Below the pieces are notes generated by a model. That model ran no database searches, was not told where the DNA came from, and was given only the letters and a program-made list of their open reading frames with translations. Below, one piece after another: positions 1-13,402 of a stretch of 64,000 bases of DNA. Position 1 is the first letter of the stretch; each line of letters opens with the position of its first letter. A program made the translations under genes and the position numbers. This DNA is from Octopus sinensis (Eukaryota): assembly GCF_006345805.1 (NCBI RefSeq), contig NC_042997.1:110794001-110858000 (forward strand), written 5' to 3'.

Positions 1-970
1 ACATGTGTGAAATTAAAAATATAAAATGGTGACAATTTACCCATCACACCCTGTATGTATATATATCATCATCGTCTAATGTATGTACATATGTGCAGCG
101 TTAAGCATGTGGCAGGTTTTCTACAGCCGGATGCCCTTCCTGAAGCCAACCCCCACCTGTTACCAAGCGAGGTAATTTTTTTCCCCTCGCCTACCAAATT
201 CAATCACAAAGCTTCAGTTGGCCCGGAGCTATAGCAGAAGACACTTACCCAAAGTGCCATGCGGTGGGACTGAACCCAAAACCATGTAGCTAGTAAGCAA
301 GCTTCTTAACCACACAGCCATACCCACACCTACCATATATATATATATACACATATTTATACACACACACACTCACACACATTTTATATATATGTGTATA
401 TGTGTATATATATATATATATAACATGGACATATATGTATGTATGTATATATTTATTTATATATATATTTATATATGTGTGTGTGTGTTATTTATAGGAA
501 CATATCTGTTGTTACCAACGATGAACAAAATATTTAAAAAATTCAACAAAAAACAAATAAATTTAATTACAAATGTTTATGAGATGTCCAATTAAATAAT
601 TGGTCCAGCAGAAAATTAACAAACTGATAATGAAATTAACATAAACTTGCATAAATTACATACAAATTAATGTTCTTTGATATATTGTAATCTTGTGACA
701 AATGACAAACTACATAATTTCATAATACATAAATACATATATAGAATGAATTGATGTATAAATATCATAAAATATACCCCTGGTATTTCAGAACTCAATA
801 ATACATTTTTAAACTCCAATACTTCATAATGTAACTCATTATTAAATGCATGTGGAAGAAACAGACATGTATATACATAACTGGCTAAAATGATAGTCAA
901 ATTTAATGTATTTAGAATAAAATTCAAATAAAATAAACTTTATAGACACGTATAATTCATAATTTTAATA

Positions 971-1079
971 TTTTCTACAGCTGTTTCAATAGAGTCAAAC
1001 ATTATCATTTATATATATATGTTGATTAACATAAAATGATTAAGTTAAAAGTTATGGGTTACCCATTTCTTCAGGAGAA
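971..1079 (-). ncRNA. Type I hammerhead ribozyme with long stem II insertion
   Basis: Minus strand TTCTC-CTGAAGA-AATGGG...TCTATT-GAAA-CAGCTG-TA-GAAAA: core intact, palindromic helix III, GUA site, stem I with one mismatch. An inverted partial copy (TTGAAACAGCTGTAGAG) lies near 1712-1728. Confidence 0.6.
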
Positions 1080-1126
1080 AAATGAAAAATCTTTTAAAAT
1101 ATCTTTTAAACTAATTATGTATGTCA

Positions 1127-1672
1127 TTAGGATGTCCAGAAAGTTCTGTGCATTTTTAAGCTAAATATTTTAACTCTTCATTGAACATACATGAAATGTG
1201 ATACAGTCAAAACTTTGGTGTTGCTTGAAGTGGTAGTGCATCTCTTCTTTGTTCCCTACTAAAAACAGATTTATCTTTCTTTCTGGTTGCCCTTTATTGA
1301 CACATTTGAAATAGATAACCAACAATTTCATATTCCCGTTGTAATACTTTGCTTTCTTAAAAAAAGGAGAAAATGCTGCAAAGACTTGTAAAAACATTTA
1401 CGAAGTTTATGGTGATGATGATGCTGTAGGTGAAGCAACTGTTCGAAGGTGGTTTGCAAAATTTAAAGCTGGAGAACTTAGCTTGGAAATGACAGTCGCA
1501 GTAGAAGACCTTCAAAATGGGGTGAAGATACTTTGAAGGCAAAAATCGAAGAACATTCAAATATCATGACTAGAGAACTTGCAAAGGAGTTGGAAGTTTC
1601 TAAAAGTACAGTTTATGAAGTATATTCATTTTTGCGTATTAAAAAGTGCTCAAAACTTTCCGGACAACCTAA
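1127..1672 (+). mobile_element. Internally deleted mariner element
   Basis: TIRs TTAGGATGTCCAGAAAGTTCTGTGCA and TGCTCAAAACTTTCCGGACAACCTAA+TA; frameshifted mariner N-terminal HTH (KGENAAKTCKNIYEVYGDDDAVGEATVRRWFAKFKAG...TRELAKELEVSKSTV). Confidence 0.85.
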
Positions 1673-2499
1673 TAATTATGTAATTATACATATGATTATG
1701 TCTTTACTTTGTTGAAACAGCTGTAGAGTAAATTATGAAATATATATGAAATTTGTACTTTTCTGATTTACATTCCCAATATGCTGCTGCTAGCACATAT
1801 ATATAACATTTCTTTTATAAATGAACATTTTAAGATCTTTAATAAATGCAGATTTGAGTCTTCTTGCTCAAATTTGGCAGAGACATTGTAATGAACCTTC
1901 TATTTATAGTTAATCAGTTGGAGGAGTATATGGTACAGGTGGGATCAAGAAATGCAGTGAAAGGATTATCTGAGTGAAATAGCATCTCTGATGAGCAAAA
2001 ATTTCACTTTGAAAGATTATGGTCCAGGTTCTATAGGACTAAATGAAGACCAATTTGATCTGGTATAATTGCTTCCACAACTTTTGTAGGTAATATTTTG
2101 TCAGTATAACATGATAAACTGGTAAATAGAAAAAATATATTTTATATTCAAAATATTAAATTTTCATTAAAAATTTAAAAAAAAACTTGTATCATAATTC
2201 ATAAAAAAATTATTAGCCAAATGGGAAAAAATCTAGATATGTCCATAAAATTAATTTAAACTAATTTTCATTTTAACACATATTCACTATTCATAAACAA
2301 AAAAATTTATAGCAAAAATAATGATAAAAGTTAATGAAAATTTCAAAATTAAAAGCATTTTTGCAAATAGAAACCTCTTTTTGTTTTTATATGTATGTAT
2401 TAATTTTTTTTTTTTATATTCATTTGAATATATTTTACAAAATTTTATTTTAAATAAATCTAATTTTCGAACTCAAAAAAGATAAACGTGAGTGAGTAG

Positions 2500-2732
2500 T
2501 CAGTCAGTTATTCCTTCCTTGCTGACATCAAATGGAGAACTCATCGGCACACTGCCACATGCAGCAATAACAACATCTTGCAGAGGTCGGTCCTTATCGT
2601 CTGTGTCTGTGGACTCAATTTTGCGAACAACATCCATGCCTTTGATCACCTTGCCAAAGACAGTGTGGTGTCCATCCAACCACTTGGTGATTATTGTTGT
2701 AATAAAGAACTGGGATCCATTTGTATCGGTGC
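2500..2732 (-). CDS. PPIB: Cyclophilin B-like terminal coding exon 4
   Basis: Acceptor TTTCTCCCTAATGCAG; encodes [12 protein letters not shown]...[12 protein letters not shown]...SKEGITD; TGA at 2502-2500; candidate AATAAA on the minus strand at 2449-2444. Confidence 0.95.
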
Positions 2733-5700
2733 CTGCATTAGGGAGAAACAGAAGTTACATCAGACTTTTCATTTTTTTTTACTTTTGGTTGTAAAGGGGG
2801 TGAAAAAAAAACAATATTTACAAGTGGCACCTTGGGCAAGTGTCTCACTGCATGCCACCATGAGCAAGTGTCTCACTGCATGGCACCTTGGGCATGTGTC
2901 TCATTGCGTGGAACCATGGGCAAGTGTCTCACTGTGTGGACCTTGGGCAAGTGTCCCACTGTGTGATACCTTGGGCAAGCGTCTCACTACGTGGCACCTT
3001 GGGCAAGTATCCCACTGTGTAACACCTTGGGCAAGTGTCTCACTGTGTGACACCTTGGGCAAGTGTCTCACTGTGTGGCACCTTGGGCAAGTGTCCCACT
3101 GTGTAACACCTTGGGCAAGTATCCCACTGCATGGCACCTTGGGCAAGTGTCTCACTGCATGGCACCTTGGGCATGTGTCCCACTGTGTGAAACCTTAGGC
3201 AAGTGTCTCACTGCGTGACACTTTGGGCAAGTGTCCCACTGTGTGACACCTTAGGCAAGTGTCTCACTGTGTGGCACCTTAGGCAAGTGTCCCACTGTGT
3301 GACACCTTGGGCAAGTCTCTTCTACTATAGTCTTGGGCCAACCAAAGCCTTGAGAGTGAATTTGGTAGACAGAAACTGAAAGTAGCCCATTGTATATATA
3401 TATATGTGTGTGTGTATATGTATATATTTGTATGTTTGTGTGTCTGTGTTTGTACCCCACCATTGCTTGACAACTGATGTTGGTGTGTTAACATACCGAT
3501 AACTTAGCAGTTCAGCAAAAAGAGACTGATAGAATAAGTGCTAGGCTTATAAAGAATAAGTCCTGGGGTCGATTTGTACAACTAAAGCCAGTGCTCCAGC
3601 ATGACCACAGTCAAACGACTGAAACAAGTAAAAGAATAAATACAAATGACATTTGAAGGCGCATGGCCTAGTGGTTCGGTTGTTGTGTTCACAACTGCTA
3701 GATCACGGGTTCAATTCCCTAACTGGGTGACACATTGAGTTCTTGAGCAAAACAATTCATTTCATATCACTACAGTCTCCCTTTGATCGCTGGGGGAGGG
3801 GAATGTTGGCCTGCTCACCTAGCCAGTAGGATGGCATCATTTGAGGGCTAAAACAACGCAAAAAAGCACATTGTGATCAGTGATGTGTAACAACATCTGA
3901 CATCTTTGTCAGTCACATGATCACGTGACAACAAACATTGACAAAGTCAAAAACAAGACATTTTTACACCAGAACTATCAATGAGCCATTTCAGTAATTA
4001 ACTCATTTGGTAGCATATTTCTGTTGAATTACTTTCATCATCATCATCATCATCATTGTTTAACGTCTGCTTTCCATGCTGGTATGGGTTGGACAGTTTG
4101 ACTGAGGACTGACAAGCCAGAAGGCTGTACCAGGCTCCAATCTGATCTGGCAAGGTTTCTACAGCTGGATGCCCTTCCTAATGCCAACCACTCCGAGGGT
4201 GTAGTGGGTGCTTTTTACGTGCCACCGGCATGTGGGCCAGTCAGGGAGCACTGGCAATGATCACGCTCGAATGGTGTTTTTTTACATGCCACTGACACAG
4301 GAGCCAGTCAGGCAGTACTAGCATCAACCATGTTTGTATGGTGCTTTTTATATGCCACTGGAACAAGACCAGTCAGATGGCACTGGCATCGGTCACATTC
4401 GTATGTTACTTTTTACGTGCCACCAACACGGGTGCCAGTCAGGCGGTGCTGGTGACATGTAAAAAGCACTATTCGAATGTGGTCATTGCCAGTTCTACTT
4501 GACTGGCCCCCATGCTGGTGGCACATAAAAAGCACCATTCGAGTGTGGTCATTGCCAGTGCCACCTGACTGATCCCCAAGCTGGTGACATGTAAAAAAAA
4601 ACCATTGGAGTGTGGTCGTTAACAGTGCTATCTGACTGCCCCCCCCCCCCCCAGCTGGTGGCACGTAAAATGCACTATTCCAGTGTGGTCATTGCCAGTG
4701 CCGCCTGACTGGCCCACATGTTGGTGACATGTAAAGCACCCACCACACTCTCAAAGTGGTTGGCATTAGGAAAGGCATCCAGCTGTAGAAACCTTGCAAA
4801 ATCAGATCCGAATATGGTGCAACCCCATCAGCCTGCCAGTCCTCAGTCAAACTGTCCAACCCATGCCAGCATGGAAAGTGGACATTAAATGATGATGACA
4901 ACGATGATGAAGATGATGATATGTATGAATTGAAAATTTCTTCCCCAGAAGATAAAGATCTGTCATAAGGACTAGCAAGTCACCAAAAAATTGAAGTTCT
5001 CATAAAAAGGTGTTTGTTTAATGTTGGCGAGAGATGGAGATTTTTTCACTTATTCAAAATATTGAGAAAAACTAGAATTTTCTATGGTCTGAATTTAGTT
5101 CACAGCTCCTAGACTTTCATTTGTTATGCAGATTATTTCACTTGCAGCAAATCAGTAAGAGAACGAGAGATTGCTGTAAAGTCATCTGTGTCATCTATAA
5201 ATTTCAAATTTTAACAATAACAGCAACATACCACTCAGATTAGCATGGGTATCATGTTTCTACAACCATACCCCTCATTTCAACATGAGGGGAATGTTTT
5301 TAATAACCATACCACTCATTTCCTTACAAGGGGTATGTTTAAACAGCCTTACCACATGTTAACACGAAGGTGTGTTTAAACAGCCTTACCATATGTTAAC
5401 ATGAAGGGTGTGTTTAAACAGCCTTACCACATGTTAACACGAAGGGTGTGTTTAAAAAGCCTTACCACATGTTAACACGAAGGGTGTGTTTAAACAGCCT
5501 CACCACATGTTAACATGAAGGGTATGTTTTAACAACCATACTATCCTTATTGACATATGTGGTACCATACCATCCAGGTTAGGATGGGAGGTATGGTTTT
5601 AGACACATTCAATTTTGATTCTTACCTGCATTTGCCATACTGAGCCATCCAGGTCCTGTGTGGTTAAGTGTAAAGTTTTCATCGTCGAACTGGTAACCAT

Positions 5701-8700
5701 AAATACTCTTGCCACCACGACCATCAAAATCAGTGAAATCACCACCTGAGGATAAAGAAGAAACAATCATACTTACATTGAGAGATGAGCAGTAAGACGT
5801 GTTATTTACAGACCTAGCTAACCCACACCAACAAGGAAATAAAACAGGATAAAGTGATGATGACGATGATGATGATGGTTGTAATGGTAATGATGAAAAT
5901 GAAAACTAGGGAATCTTGGAAATAAATGAGGTGTTAGAGTCTGTATGTTTCCAAGGGTTGTATATGTGTAGGGTGAAGCAGGGGGGGGGTCTTGTGGCTG
6001 TCAACATGTTTCAGAATTAGTAACTTCTATCTAGTTCCCATAATCTCCCTCGGTTTGTTTTTTCATCTGTCAACCAGTTTGTTACACTCCTCTTCCTCCT
6101 ACTCCCCCCTCCCCCAAACCACTTCTAGTGCGTAACTAGTACTTATTTAATCAACACCCGAAAGGATGAAAGGCAAAGTCGACCTCGGCAGGATGTGAAC
6201 TCAGAATGTAGCGGCAGATGAAATACCTATTTCTTTACTACCCACAAGGGGCTAAACACAGAAGGGACAAACAAGGACAGACAAACGGATTAAGTCGATT
6301 ATATCGACCCCAGTGCGTAACTGGTACTTAATTTATCGACCCCCGAAAGAATGAAAGACAAAGTCTACCTCGGCGGAATTTTAACTCAGAACGTAACGGC
6401 AGATGAAATACCACTAAGCATTTCGTCCAGCGTGCTAACGATTCTGCCAGCTCACCACTTTACTGATATTTTCCATTGATCCCTCCGCCACCCTTGTTCA
6501 TCAGTCACTACATTCACTCCTACCCCCATCTCTAACCATCTGTCACTCTCCTCTCATTCTCTTATGAACTTATTCCTCCACCCTTCCCAATTCTTTATCC
6601 ATCCTCTCCCTTCTACTCACCTTCTAATAGGCTCTGACACCTTACACCATCATCCTTATCTTCCTGTCAATTACTCCCACCTACCCTTTATATAACGCAG
6701 GGCAACCCATGTATCTCCTCCATAACAAGGCACCTTTGCTTGTCTCCCAATCGTAATTCAGCCTCTCAGCATCTGCCAGGAACCCACCACGCCCTCACCA
6801 CCACCTCAATGGCTTTTATTTTCTTTGTCTGGCAAGTTACACAGTAACCTCACGAGTGCCAGTGTCACGAAAAATGTACCAAGAGCAGTCTGTGAATTGA
6901 TTGGCCTTACTAAGGGAGTCCAGCTGTGGAAACCGTGCCGACAGAAGTCACTGGGGCTCAATGCGGGTTCCTTTGTTTGTTGGAGCTCATCAAACCATCC
7001 AACCCATGCCAGCGTGGAAGACAGACATTAAGTCATGATAACAATGATGGCAACAGCAGTGATGATGAGGATGATGATGGTGATGGTGATGGTGATGATG
7101 ATGATGGTGGTGGTGGTGGTGATGATGAGTGTGATGATGATGATGATAACTGGCCTTGGATCATAAAAAAAAACGAATATGAATAATCATTAAAAAACCC
7201 CAAATTTGTAGACCAACCTTGGATCATAAAATCTTTAATAACTCGATGGAATTTGGAGCCTTTGTAACCATAACCATTTTCTCCAGTTGCCAATTGATAG
7301 AAGTTTTCTGCAGTTTTTGGAGTTGTTTCCATAAAAAGACCAAACTCAATTCGGCCAGCTTCTTTGCCGCCAATTTCAATGTCAAAAAAGACCATCTTGG
7401 AGACGGTGGTTTCGCCAGCCTAAAACAAAAACCAAACAGCGGAAAAATGTCAACAATTTTTGAACAAATCATTCTTTATTGCTTTTTCAATAAAAACCAA
7501 AGAAAAACATCAAAAATCTATAAATCTATGAAGCGAGAAGCATTATACTTCCTCGTTTGAGTTTCAGCCAGATGGCAGCTGTTACGCTTTGGCCTCACAA
7601 GCCATTGTTTGATTGCTTCTGATAATTTTTGTGTTTCTCTTTGCTGTTCTACAATTCTAAAGTGACATAAAAAAACATTCATTCTGAATTCTTTTGTTTG
7701 TTTCAGCCATTTGATTGCGGCCATGCTGGAGCACGGCCTTTTAAAAAAAAAAAAAAATCAACCCCAGGACTTATTCTTTGTAAGCCTGGTATTTATTTTA
7801 TTGGTCTCTTTTTTGCTGAACTGCTAGGTTACGGGGATGTAAACATACCAACATCGGTTGTCAAGCGATGGTGGAGGGGCATTGCCAGGGCCGCTGATTG
7901 GCTCCCGTGCCAGTGGCACATAAATAGCACCATTTGAGCATGACTGTTGCCAGCGTCACCTTACCAGATTTCTGTGACTGTTTTGGCAGAATTTTTACAG
8001 CTGGATGCCCTTCCTAACACCAACAACTCAGCAGAGTGGACTCTCAGTAATATATATATATATATAAATATATAAAACTGAGAATGTGTCTGTCTTGGCA
8101 ACCAATGTTACTGTGTTTATATCCCTGTAACTTAGCTATTTGGCAAAACACACTGATAGAATAACTACTAGGCTTACAAAGAATAAATCCTGGGGTCAAT
8201 TTCTTTGACTAAAGGTGGTGTTCAAGCATGGCCACAGTCATATGTCCGAAGCAAATAAAACAATAAAAAACTATGCCACTTTTAATCCCGACCAATGCTG
8301 GGTATCTCTGCTAATGTATATATATATATATACCAATTATATACGTTTTTTTTTTTTTTGCTATTTACTTAATCATTGGTATTTTATTGTTATTTTAATT
8401 TTAATATTTCTATTATATGTAATTTTCTAGATGGTGTAATTTAATTGTTCATTTTGAATTGATAAAAGGTGATTTTTTTTCTAATTTTTTTTATATATAT
8501 ATATATATATTATATTGTGTGAAATTTGATTTAGTATTTCTAAATTGAATTTTTTTCCCTGTAAGTTTGGATTCATATTCCCTCAAATAATTATATTATA
8601 TATATATATATAAACTGAAACTCTGTTGGTTTCAATGAAGAGTGTTCCAGTTGGTCCGCTTAATGGAACAGCTTGCACGTGAAATTACAATGTAAGTGGC

Positions 8701-11700
8701 TGAGTATTCCACAAACATGCATATCCTTAATGTAGTTTCCCAAGAAGATTCAGTGTGAGATAAAGTGTGACAAGGCTGGGCCCTTTGAAAAACAGATACT
8801 ATTAATTTTCACCAGCTGAGTGGACTGATGCAACGTGAAATAAAGTGTCTTGCTGAAGGACACAGTGACCCAGCAAGAATTGGAACTCATAACCTCATGA
8901 TCAGGAGTTGAGTACCCTAACCACCATGCTGCACTCCTTCACATATATATTCTTCTTTTATTCTTTTACTTGTTTCAGTCATTTGACTGTGGCCATGCTG
9001 GAGCACCACCTTTAGTCAAGTAAATCGACCCCAGGACTTATTCTTTGTAAGCCTAGTACTTATTCTATTGGTTTCTTTTGCCGAACCGCTAGGTTACGGG
9101 GGACGTTTACACACCAGCATCGGTTATCAAGCGATGTTGGTGGGGGACAAACATGGACACACAAATACATACACAACCACACACACATATACAATGGGCT
9201 TCTTTCAGTTTCTATCTACCAAATCCACTCACAAGGCTGTAGTTGGCCCAAGGCTATAGTAGAAGACTTTTGCCCAAAGTGCCATGCAGTAGGACTGAAC
9301 CCAGAACCATGTGGTTGGTTAGCAAGCTACTTACCACACAGCCACTCCTGTACCTATATATATAAGTATACACACAAACACACACATACACACACACAAA
9401 CACAGTAAGTAAAATATTGTACCAAAAAAAGCATAAAAGTAATAAACAGAATATAAATGTTGAGAAAAAGACAAAAACTCATTAAAAATATATTTTTGGA
9501 AAAGAGAAATTAAGTGATTAGAAAGAAATAGAGAAGAACTGGTGTACGAAAACTTTACATTTATAGCACCAGTGATATTGTGGAGGTGGTGGGGATGGTG
9601 GTAGTGATGGGGGGCGGCGGTGGTGGTGGAGATGGTGGTGTCGGTGGTGGTGGTAATCGTTGTGATAGTGTTGATGGTGGTGGTATTTATATCTGGGTTG
9701 TAAACTGAACAAACGAGAGATGTTATAGTAAGTATTAATTAGGTTGGTGCATAATTATTGCGGCTTTTTGTTTCAACAAATTTTATTCAACAAAAACAAC
9801 AACAACATTTAGCAAAAATATCTTTAAATGGTTATTCCGACCGGTTGCCAAGCAAATGGGAGGCAGTTATTGAAGTAGATGGTGAATATGCTCCGGAATA
9901 ATCATTTAAAGATGTTTTTGTTAAATATTGTTATTGTTTTTGTTGAATAAAATTTATTTTAAAAAAAGCCGCAATAATTATGCACCAACCCGACCTAAGA
10001 AGACAGGCGTGAGTGAGGTGGAAGAAGGAGTCACGTGGGTAGTGTTACAGGTCACCAGAGAGCATATAAGTTGGTTCAGGAAGTCAACAGCTCAGGTAAT
10101 CATCATCATCGTTTAACGGCCGCTTTCCATGCTAGCATGGGTTGGACGATTTTGACTGAGGGCTGGCGAACCAGATGGCTGCACCAGGCTCCAATCTTGA
10201 TCTGGCAGAGTTTCTACAGCTGGATGCCCTTCCTAAAGTCAACCACTCTGAGAGTGTAGTGGGTGCCTTTTACGTGCCACCAGCACGGGGGCCAGTCAGG
10301 TGGTACTGGCAATGACCTTGCTCAAATCTTTTTACACATGCCTCAGGCACAAGTGCCAGTAAGGCGACGTTGGTAACGATCACGCTTGAATGGTGCCCTT
10401 TTACATGCCAGCGGCACAGAAGCCAGTTGGCTGCTCTGGCAATGATCACGCTCGAATGGTGCTCTTGGCATCCAACTAGCACGGGCACGAGTGCCAGTAA
10501 GGCGACGCTGGTAACGATCACACTCGAATGGTGCCTTTTATGTGCCACTTGCACAGAAGCCAGTTAGCCGCTCTGTCAAACGATCACACTCATATGGTGC
10601 TCTTTGCACCCCGCTAGCACGGATGCCAGTCATTGAATTTGATTTTGATTTAAAGACTGTTTTTCATATGGCTGATTGAAGAGCTTTGAGATCGACCCCA
10701 CCACCCGGGACATGCAAGCGCAAGACCACCCTGCTTGGCTAAGCTGCAACAAAAGAGGTGCCACCTCCTACGAACAGAGCAGAGTTGCAGGGGGCACAAA
10801 GAAGACACAAACGATACAAGTCCATGGCCAAATCTTTGCTTTCGGTCCCACAAGGGCCTGACCTGCATCGGACCCTTTGTAGCACGCATTGGATTGATCA
10901 AGCACAGCTGGACACATCATGCCCTGTCTTCTCCTTCCATGTGATGATGACCTTGGTTGTCATTAACAACAGACGGACTATTACGGCCTATTAGTGAAGA
11001 GGAGGGGATTGTATGTAAAAGAGGGGGGACAGTTATAAGGGGATAGTTGAGCAATAGTGGGAAGGAGGAGTAGAAAGAGGAAGAAAAATGGGAATTATGG
11101 GTAATAAGGAGAACTGGGATACAAAGTGAGCGGAGCAGAGGATGAATAAAAAGAGGAATAGTCACAGATAATGGTAGCTGTCTGTGTGTGTGTATGTGAA
11201 GGCACATGGCCTGTTGGGTAGGGTGTTGCACTCATGTCATTGCACTGTGGTTCGATTCCTTGACTGGGCGGCACATTATGTTCTTGAGCAAAACACTTCC
11301 TTTCACATTCTCTGCAGGTGGGAGATTGGTAGAATTGCTGAACATTGGCCAGAGGTACTTTAAGGCATATCTTCTGGCTCTCTACATTCTGAGTTCAAAT
11401 CCCACAAGCCTGGAGAAGGCAACGGGGAAACAACTGCAGTATTCGTCCCAAGTCTTGTCATGATAACCAAAGTTCTAGCAATCTCTTTAACAGTGGTAGG
11501 AGAGGGTACGGCCCCTCCTTGATTATATAGTGCTGAAGAAGGTTCACATCCACAGGACACCATCTTTTATCAATTCAAAATGAACAATTAAATTACGCCA
11601 TCTAGAAAATTACATATAATAGAAATATCGAAATTAAAATAATAAAATATCAAGGATTAATTAGTTAATTAGGTATTATATTATTTGATATTTAGTCAAC

Positions 11701-11903
11701 TATGTTATAGATTGATATATTAAATCTATAGATACTACACATGTATATTAATTATATAGTTAGCTTATTTAATGAGTTTGTCTATATTTGAACCATTTCT
11801 TATTTTGATTACAATTTAATGACTTGTACTAGCATTGTGCATTTTAATTAATTTTAAAGTATTTAATAATTTAAGTATTGTTTTAGTCTTCACTTATGTA
11901 TAT

Positions 11904-11949
<46 letters not shown>

Positions 11950-12711
11950 GTATAGTTATCAATTAATTATTTTATTATTCTAGTTTATTTTTAACCTGAT
12001 GAGTGGCTATATTTATATCGAAGTGATTTTACTACTACTATAATAATTTCTTAAATATAGCCATGAAACACGTGTCGTTATTCTACTAATTATATACATT
12101 TTTTTTTTTTGCAATTTACTTAATCATTGATATTTTATTGTTATTTTAATTTTAATATTTATATTATATGTAATTTTCTAGATGGTGTAATTTAATTGTT
12201 CATTTTTAATTGATAAAAGGTGATTTTTTTTCTAATTTTTTATATATATATATATATATATTATATTGTGTGAAATTTGATTTAGTATCTCTAAATTGAA
12301 TTTTTTTCCCTGTAAGTTTGGATTTATATTCCCTCAAATGATTATTATTATTATATAAATATATATGTGTGTATATATATAGCTCTGTCTGGCCCCCGTG
12401 TTGGTGGCACATAAAAGCACCATCCGTTCGTGTCCGTTGCCAGCCTCACCTGGCCCCGTGCCGGTGACACGTTAAAGCACCATCCGTTCATGGCCGTTTG
12501 CCAGCTCTGTCTGGCACCTGTGCGGGTGGCACGTAAAAAGCACCCACTACACTCATGGAGTGGTTGGCGTTAGGAAGGGCATCCAGCCGTAGAAACACTG
12601 CCAGATCTGACTGGGCCTGATGAAGCCTTCCAGCTTCACAGACCCCAGTTGAACCGTCCAACCCATGCTAGCATGGAGAACGGACGCTAAATGATGATGA
12701 TGATGATGATG

Positions 12712-12744
<33 letters not shown>

Positions 12745-13277
12745 AAAAATAACTGAAGAGGTGAGTAGTTGTAAGAGAGATACAATGAGCAAAGTATTTA
12801 GTCTAGTATTTGACTAGTGTCACTGTGACCTTAAGAGTGAGTTGGTGAACTTAAGGAGGAGGAAAGGGAGGAGCAGGAGGGGTGTGTGCATACATTCTGT
12901 AGGTTCAGTGTAGCAGACTCTACAACAGTAGAGGAGACTGCTGAGGTAAGGTGAGGTGAGGGAAGGATATAAGTAGGGGAAAGGACAATAGAAAGTGGAA
13001 ACAAAATACCGTGGAGAGGGTGAGTATTGGTAAACATCTGTTTTTGGATATGAATTTCAGTGTTATTATGACATAAGTTGTCAGTTTGTTATTTTTAACG
13101 TTATTGTAACATGAGATCTCTGTTTGTACAGTAATAATCCGCAATGAATGATTATAGCAACAACAACAACAACAATAACAATATTAATAATAATAATAAT
13201 AACATGAACTTGTCTTGAGGTCTCTGGGTGAGACTTGGAGCCAACTTGTACAAATGCAAAGCAAAAGTCAAACATAA

Positions 13278-13333
<56 letters not shown>

Positions 13334-13347
13334 TAATAATAATAATA

Positions 13348-13402
<55 letters not shown>

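Noticed and set aside
1988-2020. CTGATGA...GAAA hammerhead-like spacing
   Set aside because: No credible stems I or III.
2578-3198. 206-aa plus-strand ORF with repeats
   Set aside because: Antisense to cyclophilin exon 4 and read through the SINE-derived 28-bp array.
7033-7217. Ser/Pro-rich C-terminal extension of the cyclophilin ORF
   Set aside because: Intron read-through into a (CAT/CAC)n microsatellite beyond the GT donor at 7217.
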